A stretch of DNA of 63,852 nt, counting the filler, from Octopus bimaculoides (taxonomy: Eukaryota), in NCBI RefSeq assembly GCF_001194135.2. It is 3 parts of 3 records of this genome, joined end to end, with 100 filler letters (N's around TTAATTAATTAA, not from the genome) between each part and the next. Parts side by side here need not be neighbours in the genome. Positions count along the whole stretch, not along the records: positions 1 to 21,205 come from NC_068983.1; 2 more parts are not named here. One strand, 5' to 3'. A program made the translations under genes and the position numbers. Below the pieces are notes generated by a model that saw only the letters and a list, made by a program, of their open reading frames with translations, ran no database searches and was not told where the DNA came from. Of this stretch, positions 1 through 12,835 are shown piece by piece (within the stretch, counting starts at the first letter, position 1; each line of letters begins with the position of its first letter).

Positions 1-414
1 ATATATATATATATATATATATAGTTGTTAGTTAATGCTCATCGGTGATACTAAAGATTTCTTACATTTAAGGGATGGACCTAATCGATAGTATCCTAAA
101 TGGTATACATCTATCTACTCCCACTTAACTTATAGATTTCAGCGAGATAAAAGTGAAGCTCGAGTTGTTATTTAAGTATACAATGCCACAAGTAAAGAAT
201 GCTAAAGAATGTTTAACTCTTTCGCTGCAGCATCTACTATTATTCCATAATGATAATAATAGCAAATACTTTTATGTTTTCTGACCTAGGAGGAACGTCA
301 CGTATTTTCAACGAGGAATATAGTCAGTTTAATAGACTGTTTAAATTGATTTCTTTTTATCTACCTGGAAAGATGACAATAAAGTCAACCCCGAATGGGG
401 TGATCTAACTAAAT

Positions 415-476
415 ACAATAATAATAATAGTAGTAATAATAATAATAATTATTATTATTATTATCATTATTATTGC

Positions 477-508
<32 letters not shown>

Positions 509-530
509 TTGTTGTTGTTGTTGTTATGTT
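415..530. repeat. Compound trinucleotide microsatellite (AAT)n/(ATT)n/(GTT)n
   Basis: Direct reading of the sequence; it explains the poly-N/T/I ORFs 405..659 and 409..615. Confidence 0.95.
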
Positions 531-559
531 GATAAGTGGTATAAGCACCACCTGGAGGT

Positions 560-845
560 TGTAACTGAAGGAGAAAATATAACGATTCTTTGGGAGTTTC
601 CTTACATACAGACAAAAACGGTCAAAACTAATAAACTGGATATTGTTGTGAAAGACCAAAACAGTAAAGTCTGTTTATTGATCGACATGAATATTTCTTG
701 TGATCTTAATATCTCGGCAAAAGAATTTGATAAGATCAGAAAATATAAAGATTTTCTCATTGAAATCGACAAAATGTGGCGTCTCAAAGCGGTTACAGTA
801 CCAGTGATTGTAGGAGCACTTGGAATGTTTAAAAACATTATTTAA
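560..845 (+). mobile_element. 3' fragment of an RLE-type non-LTR retrotransposon (R4/Dong-like), restriction-like endonuclease domain
   Basis: Reads ...ITILWEF...KLDIVVKDQNSKVCLLIDMNISCDLNISAKEFDKIRKYKDFLIEIDKMWRLKAVTVPVIVGALG, matching the PD..D...KE.EK..KY..L..EI..MW...VPVVIGALG pattern of R4/Dong C-termini; frameshifted. Confidence 0.8.
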
Positions 846-1041
846 GAATTTTCCCTAGCTTACCATCCATGGCACATGGCCATAAATGTTCGGGGTAGAC
901 TTAGTCAAGTATTTCACTCAGAGTCCCTGACTGGTAATCTTTTAAGCGAATTCCTCGTATTGCAATATGAACGAGGTTGAGAGACATAACTAAATACCAC
1001 AATATGTTTAGTATACTGATGCAATGAATCAGAGATCAGTT

Positions 1042-1421
1042 GTTGGTACTCCGTCGCTTACGAGGTCGAGGGTTCCAGTTGATCCGATCAACGGAACAGC
1101 CTGCTCGTGAAATTAACGTGCAAGTGGCTGAGCACTCCACAGACATGTTTACTCTTAACGTAGTTCTCAGGGGTATTCAGCGTGACACAGTGTGACAAGG
1201 CTGACCCTTTGAAATACAGGTACAACAGAAACAGGAAGAAAGAGTGAGAGAAAGTTGTAGTGAAAGAGTACAGCAGGGTTCGCCACCGTCCCTTGCCTGA
1301 GCCTCGTGGAGCTTTAGGTGTTTTGGCTCAATAAACACTCACAACGTCCGGTCTTGGAATCGAAACTGCGATCCTATGACCGCGAGTCCGCTGCCCTAAC
1401 CACTGGGCCATTGTGCCTCCA
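1042..1421 (-). mobile_element. tRNA-derived SINE
   Basis: The minus strand begins GTGGAGGCACAATGGCCCAGTGGTTAGGGCAGCGGACTCGCGG...GTTTCGATTCC (A box and B box), followed by a GC-balanced body. Confidence 0.75.
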
Positions 1422-1450
1422 CCAATCAGAGATAACAGTAATAAAAATAA

Positions 1451-1792
1451 TGATGATGTCTTGAGCTAACTGGATCCTAATCCACCAAGGGAAGGTATGT
1501 CTGAAGAAAGTAATTCAACAACACGGGTTGATGAACCGTAAGACGTGTGGCCAGAACCTCCTGGAAAATAACCATAGCGAGGGACATTCCACAGTTGAAT
1601 TAGAACAGTCACAAACAGTGAAAGAAGACATGCACCCAACACCAGAGCTGAAGACACCTCCGAAAGGAAGGGCCCCGACACGTTAAAACGGTAGAGGAGT
1701 AGGGGCCGACACCGGACGTGGTTCCTCCTGATGATGTCTTGAGCTAACTGGATCCTATAAAGGAGCTGTTGTGGTAGCAGATCACGAAACAT
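1451..1792 (-). mobile_element. Possible Jockey/I-like LINE C-terminal fragment with a 29-bp direct repeat
   Basis: ORF 1466..1792 (RRNHV...LLLYRF...QLWNVP) weakly resembles the HRR.V.SL...YRY...LWNSLP tail of Jockey-like RTs. The exact repeat is at 1451-1479 and 1729-1757. Confidence 0.4.
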
Positions 1793-2879
1793 GGTTGAAA
1801 TTCCTCCCTAGCGCAGCTTTCGAAGAGACGCTGCCCTCCTCTCTAATCTGTTACATTATCGACTTAAAAACAAAGCCATTAGTAACTAAAACAACGTGTA
1901 AAGCAAAATAAATTTTTACCTGTATATGTTTGTGTGTGTGTATACGTATGATCAGTATTTTAAGTGTGGCTTGATGGATGGGCAGAATCGGTCAAGTGTC
2001 TCACAACAAGGCCGTGTAGTATTTAATACTTTATAATACTTTATGTTTGGGTTCATGTGCTGCCAAAGTGACCTTCTTCTCGCTTCTTTCTCCTCTTTCT
2101 CCTGACCTTTCTCATCTCCTCTTCGAGTCCGATGAAATGAGTAATAAGCAAGTACCAGATCAATATAATCAACTACACCAATTTTCCAGTTTAAAGGCTT
2201 TATGCCTTTGTTGGAAATCAATATTTAAAGGTAATCTGTACAATTAGATATAATTTCAAATATCGGAAATAATTGGTGTTGCCATATGCTTGAGTAAGGC
2301 TCTGCAATTCATTTTGCTTCAGTCCATTCAGTGAGTAACAGCGACCGCTGAGATCACGCTAGATCCAGCGACGAACAGGTGTCCCATCCAGGAATACTCT
2401 TGTAATCTAGAACCCGACTTTAGCTTCACCATATTTTTTTTTAATTATAAGGTTATATTTCTAACTATAAGAAATAGTGTAGATACATGTATGTATGTAT
2501 GTATGTATTATGTATGTATGTATGTACGTATGTATGTATGTATGTATGTATATANNNNNNNNNNNNNNNNNNNNNNNNNNNNNNNNNNNNNNNNNNNNNN
2601 NNNNNNNNNNNNNNNNNNNNNNNNNNNNNNNNNNNNNNNNNNNNNNNNNNNNNNNNNNNNNNNNNNNNNNNNNNNNNNNNNNNNNNNNNNNNNNNNNNNN
2701 NNNNNNNNNNNNNNNNNNNNNNNNNNNNNNNNNNNNNNNNNNNNNNNNNNNNNNNNNNNNNNNNNNNNNNCAAAAAAACAATAACAAAAAAACAAAAAAA
2801 CAAAGTGAGGACGTGATATGGATAGTATTATTGGACGCTCAGGAAAGGAAAGAGAGAGTATATATATTACACACAGAGT

Positions 2880-2910
<31 letters not shown>

Positions 2911-2911
2911 G

Positions 2912-2966
<55 letters not shown>
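2880..2966. repeat. (AGAT)n tetranucleotide microsatellite
   Basis: Direct reading. Confidence 0.95.
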
Positions 2967-4559
2967 TCATTATATCACTCTGCTTTAAATATTACCTGAT
3001 GCGCGTCATAATCGCATAATCCCAAAATTTGTATTATATTTGCATTCATCATCAAGCTATAACATGTCACGTGAAATCTGGAGATGGACTTTTCTCGGGT
3101 GGTGAAGCCCTGTATATACCTTATGATTAGACGCTGTCACTTGAGTACATATTTTCTCAGTATCTTTTCTTTTGATGATTTAAAGTGATATTTTTTATTA
3201 CTTAAATATTCTTCACTATGGTTTGTCCTAACACAAAGAGAGTTTAGTTTCACTTACACAGTATAATGACCTGAGATGCTTAAATGTACTAGGGCTGTGA
3301 CTTCTGCAAAATGCTCAATCAAAAGAACATTTTTGAATAGGGTTTCCTCTTGTCAATCAAGACAGTCATGAAGCCGTTATCTGGGACGACCAGCAAGGTA
3401 ATCGTGTGGTTTCTTAAACTCTACTTCTTCGGCGCATTTGACATTCTTTTGAAACCCAAGAATTAATTGATATTCTATATCCGCAAATAGGTAGGCAATT
3501 ACTACCTGAAGAATAAAATGAAATAATATTGCTTGGGTTGTATTTTGAAGGAGATATGAATTATCTCTGCTTGTTTCGTTTCACTGAATTCAAAAGTCTG
3601 CCAGGTTAATTCTTTTGGCATAAATCGGAGTCAGAGCTCATTAATTAATTAACTTACATATATATTGCTATGCATCAACTTTGTTACGCATGAGAAACTC
3701 GATCTCTCCTGAAAATCTGATTGTTCTGTAGTTAAGCTAAAGCTTCAAATTTCTCGTGTAATTACAATGATCCCCTGATAATTACTGAGAGAATCTAATC
3801 TAATTGGTGGACTGTTTGTTCTTAATAATGAGTGATTTTCATAGGTATTAAGCCTGAAGTTTAGTTATTATGGTAAGTGGAATTTCGGAAATTGGAATGG
3901 TCATCTTTTTTTTTTTTTTTTTTTTTTTTTGCCTGAAATACAGCTACATGCGTACATGTAGCAATTTCCAAATGAGAATTAGACCGCCTTGATTCAATGA
4001 GAAATTATCATAGAACTACGAAATAGCCACTGTAATATATCATTAATCTACTTTACGCATATCACAGCAATTTAAATCACCATAAGACAAGATTTGCTAC
4101 CATTATATCTTTTATTTTATTTTATGTGTTGTTGTTCTTTAAATGTAGTCTACAATGTATGTATATGTCGATGAAGCATTACCACAGGTTGTAATCACTT
4201 AGACATACTCTAATATAGATCCCTACATGTAATTATACTAAAAACAGTTCACTTAATTAGATCTGAATATGTGTGCTTTTTGGAAATGATGAAGTTGCAT
4301 CTAACCGAAGTCAAAGTTTTGACAACTTTTGCATTATTAAGGAAACCACTATGCATATTGAAAAAACGTTCTCACTTATGCTGACTATGGTTTGAAGAAA
4401 TCACAACTACGGCCTTCATAAATAAAACAAATGCTAGTTGTTACAGCATCGGATTTCTTGAAGTGAACATATCTCCTTAAATCCCAAACTTTGCAACGGT
4501 TATTATTTTTTAAGGGACTCCAAAACTGATAGGATTAGGGTAGGAAGTTATCCTGAAAT

Positions 4560-4720
4560 TAGGGATCTGGCTCAAATATTTGCAATAGATTGTACTCACT
4601 AAATGTACCCAAAGGCCAGATTGCAGTGTCCACTGGATTAAGTCTACCTCCGCTGAAAGCATCCTATTCAAAGTCAGGAATGATTGTGAGATTTTGAAAT
4701 TAACTTCTCTAGCTAGCCGA
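4560..4720 (-). mobile_element. Degenerate Tc1/mariner transposase fragment
   Basis: The minus strand gives IPDFE*DAFSGGRLNPVDTAIW, resembling the W...SPDLNP.D..IW catalytic motif. Confidence 0.3.
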
Positions 4721-5800
4721 GTCAGACTTTAAGTATTTTTCTTTCCCCCACTATATGATGTGAAAGCATTGATTTCATTAACTAGTGTCCTTCTACTCTG
4801 TAGAGTGGATTTGCATTTTCTATCTGATGTCTCTAAACTATTACTATTTACTTTATTTAATGCCATTTTGTGATCCGCTGATAGCGTTATGTCTTTACTG
4901 CTGTTTTTTTTTTTTTGTCTAAATGACAGGTGTTTGCGTGGGTGAATCTGCGTGCGACCGTGCGTCTGCTTGCGACTGTGTGCGTGGGTGCGACTGTGTG
5001 CGTGCGTGCGTGTATGTTTGAATATATGTACATACACACACACAGATGCATGTATGTATGTATATATATATATATATATATATANNNNNNNNNNNNNNNN
5101 NNNNNNNNNNNNNNNNNNNNNNNNNNNNNNNNNNNNNNNNNNNNNNNNNNNNNNNNNNNNNNNNNNNNNNNNNNNNNNNNNNNNNNNNNNNNNNNNNNNN
5201 NNNNNNNNNNNNNNNNNNNNNNNNNNNNNNNNNNNNNNNNNNNNNNNNNNNNNNNNNNNNNNNNNNNNNNNNNNNNNNNNNNNNNNNNNNNNNNNNNNNN
5301 NNNNNNNNNNNNNNNNNNNNNNNNNNNNNNNNNNNNNNNNNNNNNNNNNNNNNNNNNNNNNNNNNNNNNNNNNNNNNNNNNNNNNNNNNNNNNNNNNNNN
5401 NNNNNNNNNNNNNNNNNNNNNNNNNNNNNNNNNNNNNNNNNNNNNNNNNNNNNNNNNNNNNNNNNNNNNNNNNNNNNNNNNNNNNNNNNNNNNNNNNNNN
5501 NNNNNNNNNNNNNNNNNNNNNNNNNNNNNNNNNNNNNNNNNNNNNNNNNNNNNNNNNNNNNNNNNNNNNNNNNNNNNNNNNNNNNNNNNNNNNNNNNNNN
5601 NNNNNNNNNNNNNNNNNNNNNNNNNNNNNNNNNNNNNNNNNNNNNNNNNNNNNNNNNNNNNNNNNNNNNNNNNNNNNNNNNNNNNNNNNNNNNNNNNNNN
5701 NNNNNNNNNNNNNNNNNNNNNNNNNNNNNNNNNNNNNNNNNNNNNNNNNNNNNNNNNNNNNNNNNNNNNNNNNNNNNNNNNNNNNNNNNNNNNNNNNNNN

Positions 5801-5842
<42 letters not shown>

Positions 5843-6946
5843 ATATATATTTGCAAATAAACGTAAACGAAAGAAATAGAAAAGCAAATTGTCAAATGAA
5901 AGAACGACAAACAATAACGTCTTAATTGAAAAGTATTGGAATCCAGCCAATGAAAATAATGGTTATAGTCAAAATAATGAAGCTGTTCTATAGAACCTAC
6001 TCGAAAATCGAAAACAATGTTCTCGCCCGAAGATTGTAGCAATATGAAATTCAGACAAGTTTTTTCAGCGTAGACTAAAGAATGTTTGCGTGCGTGTAGA
6101 GGAATAGATGGATGGAAATATATGTACATTGACAGAGGAACAAAGTAAATTTATTTATTCAGTATTGGAATCAAAAGAGACGCAGAAACTAAGATCACAA
6201 ACCTTCCACTTGTGACCAAACTGTTTTCTAGACGTAATGTATCCAGAACTACCGAAGCAAATGTGTGTTCTTTAAAGACGGTTATTGTTATTTAACTCAA
6301 TTTAGCTTTAACTGGGCTAAATAACATTAACCGTCTTTGAGTTGACCTACGATCAGTCAATACTGTTCTAGTCGTGACTAGCCTTCATTTTCTTACGCAC
6401 AAGGCACCTTTAATATCTAAAATGTCTTTCTCTTCTAAGGCGATATGGTGAGATTTCGAGAATTATTTCCAGCGGGTAAGAAAAAAAAACCGCATAGTTA
6501 ACCCACCAGAGAAGACGATGTTCATAGTCTTTTGGATCATTCAAGACTGCAAAATAAAAAGAGCTCCTTCCTTTCTGCTATTTTTATTTTATTATTTTTC
6601 ATATTTTCTGCGTAACACTAAATTCTTGTTCGTTTTTAAAGCCTTTTATTCTCTCTTTCTCTCTCATTGGCTCTTAATTACCATTACATTCAATCTATAT
6701 TCACTCTTCTCTCTCTTTATTTCTCTCTCTCTCTTCTCCACTATCTCTCAGTTTCTCTTTTTTCCACCCTATATTCTTGTCTACCTCGTCTTTGAGGTTT
6801 CTCTTACCGTCGCTTACTGACTCATTTTTTTTACTTTTCATTGTTTCACTTTGCAGTCACACCTTTTATACCTGTGTTTTCTCCTTTTCTCCAACACCCT
6901 TTTTCTCCAGTCAACTCTCCAATGTACCCTAATCTTCAATCTTCCC

Positions 6947-6984
<38 letters not shown>

Positions 6985-8050
6985 NNNNNNNNNNNNNNNN
7001 NNNNNNNNNNNNNNNNNNNNNNNNNNNNNNNNNNNNNNNNNNNNNNNNNNNNNNNNNNNNNNNNNNNNNNNNNNNNNNNNNNNNNNNNNNNNNNNNNNNN
7101 NNNNNNNNNNNNNNNNNNNNNNNNNNNNNNNNNNNNNNNNNNNNNNNNNNNNNNNNNNNNNNNNNNNNNNNNNNNNNNNNNNNNNNNNNTATATCTGAAT
7201 ATCGTCCGTCCCATCTTCCCTCTCGACCTTATTTTCATTACCTTTTTCTATTTTTTCTTTCTCCTACTCCATTACTTGTCTCTCTCTCTCTTTCTCTGTC
7301 TCCCTTTCCCTCTCTCTACCTTCTCCTCTTTATTTCACTCTCTCTCTCCTCTTTCTTTTTCTCTCTCCCTTTCTTTTTCGCTTTTCTTCTCTCTTTCTCT
7401 GTATGCCCAGAATTACTCATACAGGTGCCTTTATTAGACACGTCCGCTTAAACTAAATAAGCGAACAAGGGAGAAACGTTCAGAAACGAAATGACGTGGT
7501 GGGAGGATTTGATTATGGAGGAGAAGCTAGCAAATGAAATGCAATGGCGGAAATGGAGAATTGGGGGAGAAAAAGAATAGCGGGAATTAGGTGATCAAAG
7601 GTCGTGCGTTCTTGACTGCAAGCAGGGATAGGACATTTGGCAGTAATGATATGAAGGCTGTGGTGTTGGCGACGGGGCGGTGACGACGGTGGAAATTAGG
7701 GTGAAAGGTGCTGAGGGTAGTCAAGGTGGAGATGATGGTGACGATGGTAGTAATGAGTAATGAGAAGGGGGTGAAGGGTAGCAGACTGGGGCTGGATTAT
7801 CTGTTGATTAAGACATGGAAGAAAGAGGGAGAAAGGGGAAGCCAAGAGTAAAGGTTTTGAAGAGATGTGGTGTTAGAAGCGGCGTTGTCTTAATGAATGA
7901 GTCAAATTGACGGCGGTCAGGTCATATGCTGTGGAGGGGGGGGCACGAATGTAGCTCCCTTTGAAGCTTTCGGTGTAGGCGGTGGAGTGAGAGGTTGAGG
8001 TAGAAAAGAAAGGTGATAGAAAAAATTATGGGGGCACATTCATGCACATT

Positions 8051-8052
<2 letters not shown>

Positions 8053-8098
<46 letters not shown>

Positions 8099-9020
8099 CG
8101 CAAACACATACAAACACATACAAACACAAACACAAACACAAACACACACACGCACACACAAACACATGCAAACACACACAAGCACAAACACACACACGCA
8201 CGCACACACGCACACAAACACACGCACACAAACACACGCACACAAACACACGCACACAAACACACGCACACAAGCACACGCGCACAAACACACGCACACA
8301 TACACACGCACACATACACATGCACACAAACACACGCACACAAACACACGCACACAAACACAANNNNNNNNNNNNNNNNNNNNNNNNNNNNNNNNNNNNN
8401 NNNNNNNNNNNNNNNNNNNNNNNNNNNNNNNNNNNNNNNNNNNNNNNNNNNNNNNNNNNNNNNNNNNNNNNNNNNNNNNNNNNNNNNNNNNNNNNNNNNN
8501 NNNNNNNNNNNNNNNNNNNNNNNNNNNNNNNNNNNNCACACACGCACACAAACACACGCACACAAACACACGCACACAAACACACGCACACAAACACACG
8601 CACACAAGCACACGCGCACAAACACACGCACACATACACACGCACACATACACATGCACACAAACACACGCACACAAACACACGCACACAAACACAAGCA
8701 CACAAACACACGCGCACATACACACGCACACAAACACACGCACACGTACACACGCGCACAAACACACGCACACATACACACGCACACAAACACACCAACA
8801 AACACACACGCAAACATACAGATGTATATATGAAGAAAACATAGAGAGAGACACGCAAACATTTAAACAATCTCACAAACACATATTCACACACATACAG
8901 GTACGTAAACATTACGACACACTCACACATATGTACATAGGGAGACACACGCACGACCACGAACGTCCATACATACATACGCACACGCATACACGCGCAT
9001 ACATACACACACACATACAT
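8053..9020. repeat. (CA)n-derived compound minisatellite, about 14-bp unit CACACGCACACAAA, gap inside
   Basis: Direct reading; it explains the HT/CV-rich ORFs at 7922-9050. Confidence 0.95.
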
Positions 9021-10004
9021 AACACCCTCCCACTCACGTGCAATCACTGAACTTAGGAAAGAACATGACTGTGGTAGTTAACACCTTTTCCTACTCCTTA
9101 ATAAAATCAAGAAAGAAAATGAAACTTAATTTGACTCAGAGAATTCTCTTTTCATCTCAAAATACACTTCATGGCATAGAACGGGGAGCTAGCAGTTAGC
9201 TTCCAGAAATCCGAAACCTAGAATGAGTTTCTATCAACGTCTTGAAGTTCTCTCTCACATCGCTTGCACTACCGTCTAAGGATGCTTTCACATCGTCACT
9301 CGACATATTACATATATAAACTTGCGCCTACACGTTTATATATTTAAGAAGTGTTCAATGATGAACTCCATTTGATCGTAGGTTTGTTCGATTAGAGGTG
9401 ACATAGAGTTAAGCAACGACGGCTACTTGTATATTTTATTAAGGTATGAGAGATGTATTACTTACGACCACCTCTCAGCTAAAACGTAGAGCATTTTCTT
9501 CCTGAAGAGAGAAGAAAGCACTTCAATATCTATTGTTACTATGGAATTATTGTTCTGCATAATATGGTCTTGAACACGAAACACAGTTTCAACTTCCAGT
9601 TAGAAAAAATTGCACTCCATTTACAAACAATATTTCCCCATCAACATGTATCATCATTCAATTGCTGTGGGTATGAGATTTTCGTTAACTTCATTTAAAC
9701 CACGTAAGATCATATTGAACACGTCTATAATCAAAGAACTAGATAAATCCTGATCAAGCAGATCTATGCTCGAAGATATTCTAATCGTTACCAAACTCTC
9801 TTCTCTTTTTTAAAGCGCTGTTTATCTCAGATTGTATTAGCAAATGGGGCCTTTTCCAGTTGTAAAACGACGGAGTGTGTTTTGAAGGAGATTACGCTGC
9901 TATTTCCAGAAAATTTCTGAATTTTTAAGCAATAGCAACAGTATCTCTTCATTTTTGGATTTGGTTTGCAAAATCCTTTATGTGAGTTTGTGTGTTGAAG
10001 CATA

Positions 10005-10263
10005 TTTTGTTGTGTCTGGGGAGAGTCATTCTCTTTTAGTGCCTTATTATTTAACACACTCCCCGGTAAAGTTTCCACTCATTTACTTATTCATTTTCTT
10101 AAAATTTTCGTTGCATTTTTCAACCTTTCCAGACTATTGAAAAGGTTGCAAGACGCAACGGAAATTTTATGAAAAATAAATAAGCAAATGAGTGGAAACT
10201 TTACCGGTGAGTGTGTTAAATAATAAGACACTAAAAGAGAATGACTCCCCAGACACAACAAAA
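10005..10263. repeat. Long near-perfect inverted repeat (foldback)
   Basis: The arms (about 125 bp, TTTTGTTGTGTCTGGGGA...CAACCTTT and AAAGGTTG...TCCCCAGACACAACAAAA) meet at a loop of only a few nt near 10134. ORFs on opposite strands share HSLLVxYYLTHSPVKFPLI. Confidence 0.95.
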
Positions 10264-11489
10264 CAGTATCTCTGCAGTTTACAAAAGGAGGTGGAGAACG
10301 CACATTAGAAATGTATTATTACGCAGTGTTCTTCATCTTCGCAAGCCATAACAGACTGGTGAGATTATTGACGCTGTTGATGGTCTTTTAAAACGTTTGT
10401 TAGTAGACGTATGTGGAGAAATACGATAGACAATAGGAAGTCTAAAGGACAAAGATTAGGTGAGGTGTTGAGTGTAGGACATATGTAGTGAAGCATAGCA
10501 AGGATAGCTCATAAAGGGGAGTTGGGTATTTGAGACTTAGTACGCAACTACTTCGTCTGGAGGAGTCTGTCCCAGTCCATTGTTTATATATGCATCTGTC
10601 AACTAGTTAAGCTTTGGGTCTTTTGTTTTCGTTTTATTATAATTGGATAAATGTTTTTTTCCTCCTTCTGTTCGAGACATAGATATTTAGATTCTAATTT
10701 CTGTTGTTTTATCGTGTTTTATCATGTTTTGAATATTATAAGCGTAAATACGTATCTTATAAAGGCAGAGAGACTATCTGCAACGAAGATTGGATAGTCA
10801 CGACTGGAACGCTTTTGATAAAATTCCTGCACGTTCAGCAGTAATTTGAGATAAATCAACAAGTAAAAGCAGTAAAGTTATTTAGTATTACTAAGCTTAA
10901 CCATACTCTTGGTTATCGTAAAGAATTATTTCTCACTTTTATATCCTAACTTTTGTTGCTTTGTCATGCCATTGAATGTTTTGCGCGTAAATATAGGTTT
11001 ACGGTAAGAAAAAAAAATTAGAATGAGCTAAATAAATAGACTACACCCACCTTCAGCCCTAACTATTTATTTAACTACTCGTTGGAAAGGTCGTATATGG
11101 ATTGAGAATAAGAGTAGTTAACACCATTGTAATCACTACCATCACCATTACTACCACTATTACAACTACCAACTCCAACTATCACTTCGATGAGTGATTG
11201 ATTAACTTGCAATACAGAATGTAAATCCTCCCTTGAGAAAAATAAGAGTTGCAACAATAAAAACAACAAAAATAGCAACTACGACATAGAAAAGTGATGG
11301 CAAGCAAAAAAAAAAAAACTGCAAGTAAGAATTGTGTTTTAAAGCCAGAAATAGCAAGTAACGACAAATGTATGACAAAGATTTGCCATTGAATTTCTTT
11401 GAAATATCACGCTCTCTATCACGCTATGTCACGATCTGACATATGACACAGACTTTGTTATAATGATTTTTAACGAAGTTGCAATAACA

Positions 11490-12835
11490 CAAAGTTTGTG
11501 GGGAGGGTATTTTACTTGACAGCTACTTATTTTAATAACCCTAGATAAATGAAAGGCGAAGGTAGTCACAGCAGGAATTGAACTAAGAACGTAAAGGTAA
11601 GCATTCTGTCTTGGACCCTACCGATTCTACTATCCACCTACTTTTCCCATACTAGGGGTTCTATCTCTGTAACAAGACCAAATTTGAAGGAGCGTATAGT
11701 TACTTTTTTGAACTGACACCAAATATTTCATTGTTATTGTATTAAATCGATACTAAAATTATGAAGATTAAAACTGACCCTGACAACATTTGAACTTAAA
11801 ACGATATAAATAGAGATATAAAGAGATATAAAGAGATATAAATAGATATAAAGAGATATAAATAAATACCGGAACTATATAATCAGCCACTCAACCACTT
11901 CTACGAATCACCGCTTTTCAGCAGAAGTTATAATTATTTCCAATTTAGATACAAAGTGAACAATTTTAGGGAGAGAGGGAGAAAAAGAGAGAGAGATAGT
12001 TAGTGAATTACACCTACCCCACAATTTTGTCTAATACTTTATTTTAACGATCCTGGATGGATGACAGGCAAAATTGATTTCGGCGGGATTCTGCTCAGAA
12101 TGTGAAGAGCCGGAAGAAATACAGCACGGCTCTGCTAATCTACCGCCTTTAATTGAAATTATGATAATTAAAACAAAATGGTTTCTAAAACCCAGATTGT
12201 AGATTCTATATTACCATCTAAATATCGGCTTCAAATTTTGGCACTAGGTCAGCAATTTCAGGGAGGGAATATGTCGATTACATCGACCTCAGTATTCAAC
12301 TGGTACTAATTTCATCGACTCCGAAAGGAAAAGTCGACTTCAGAAGAATTGGAACTCAAAACATAAAGATGGATGAAATGACGCTAAGCATTTTGCCTGT
12401 CGTGCTAACAACTCTGCCAGCTCATCACCTTCCATTGTCATCTAAATATTCTTTTCTACTCTAGTCACAAGGCCCGAAATTTTGGGGGAGAGGACCAGTC
12501 GATAAGATCGACTCCAGTACGCAACTGGTACTTAATTTATTGACCCTGACAGGATGAAAAGCAAAGTCGACCTCGTCAGAATTTGAACTCAGAACGTAAA
12601 AACAGACGAAATACCTATTTCGTTATTGCCCACAAGGGGCTAAACATAGAGGGAACAAACAAGAACAGACGAACGGATTAAGTCGATTACATCGACCCCA
12701 GTGCGTAACTGGTACTTAATTTATCGACCCTGAAAGGATGAAAAGCAAAGTCGACCTCGTCAGAATTTGAACTCAGAACGTAAAACAGACGAAATACCGC
12801 TAAGCATTTCGCCCGGCGTGCTAACGTTTATCGTC
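11490..12835 (-). mobile_element. Head-to-tail cluster of about 6 copies of SINE family A (head GGCGGCGAGCTGGCAGAA..., B box GAGTTCAAATTC)
   Basis: The motif AACTGGTACTTAATTTATCGACC..GAAAGGATGAAA.GCAAAGTCGACCTCG..GAATTTGAACTCAGAACGT recurs in one orientation with varying decay. Confidence 0.85.

Noticed and set aside
1728-1810. CTGATGA followed later by GAAAC, a possible hammerhead
   Set aside because: The spacing is long, there is no stem II, and stem I does not pair.
2461-9050. Long ORFs in the track (up to 466 aa), and similar ones at 17503-18654, 55261-56312 and 61576-62165
   Set aside because: They run through N gaps and di- or tetranucleotide repeats (YI, HT, CV, LS runs); they are not proteins.
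11490-12835. CRISPR-like or prokaryotic repeat array
   Set aside because: The units are about 200-bp degenerate Pol III SINEs in eukaryotic DNA, not short identical repeats with unique spacers.
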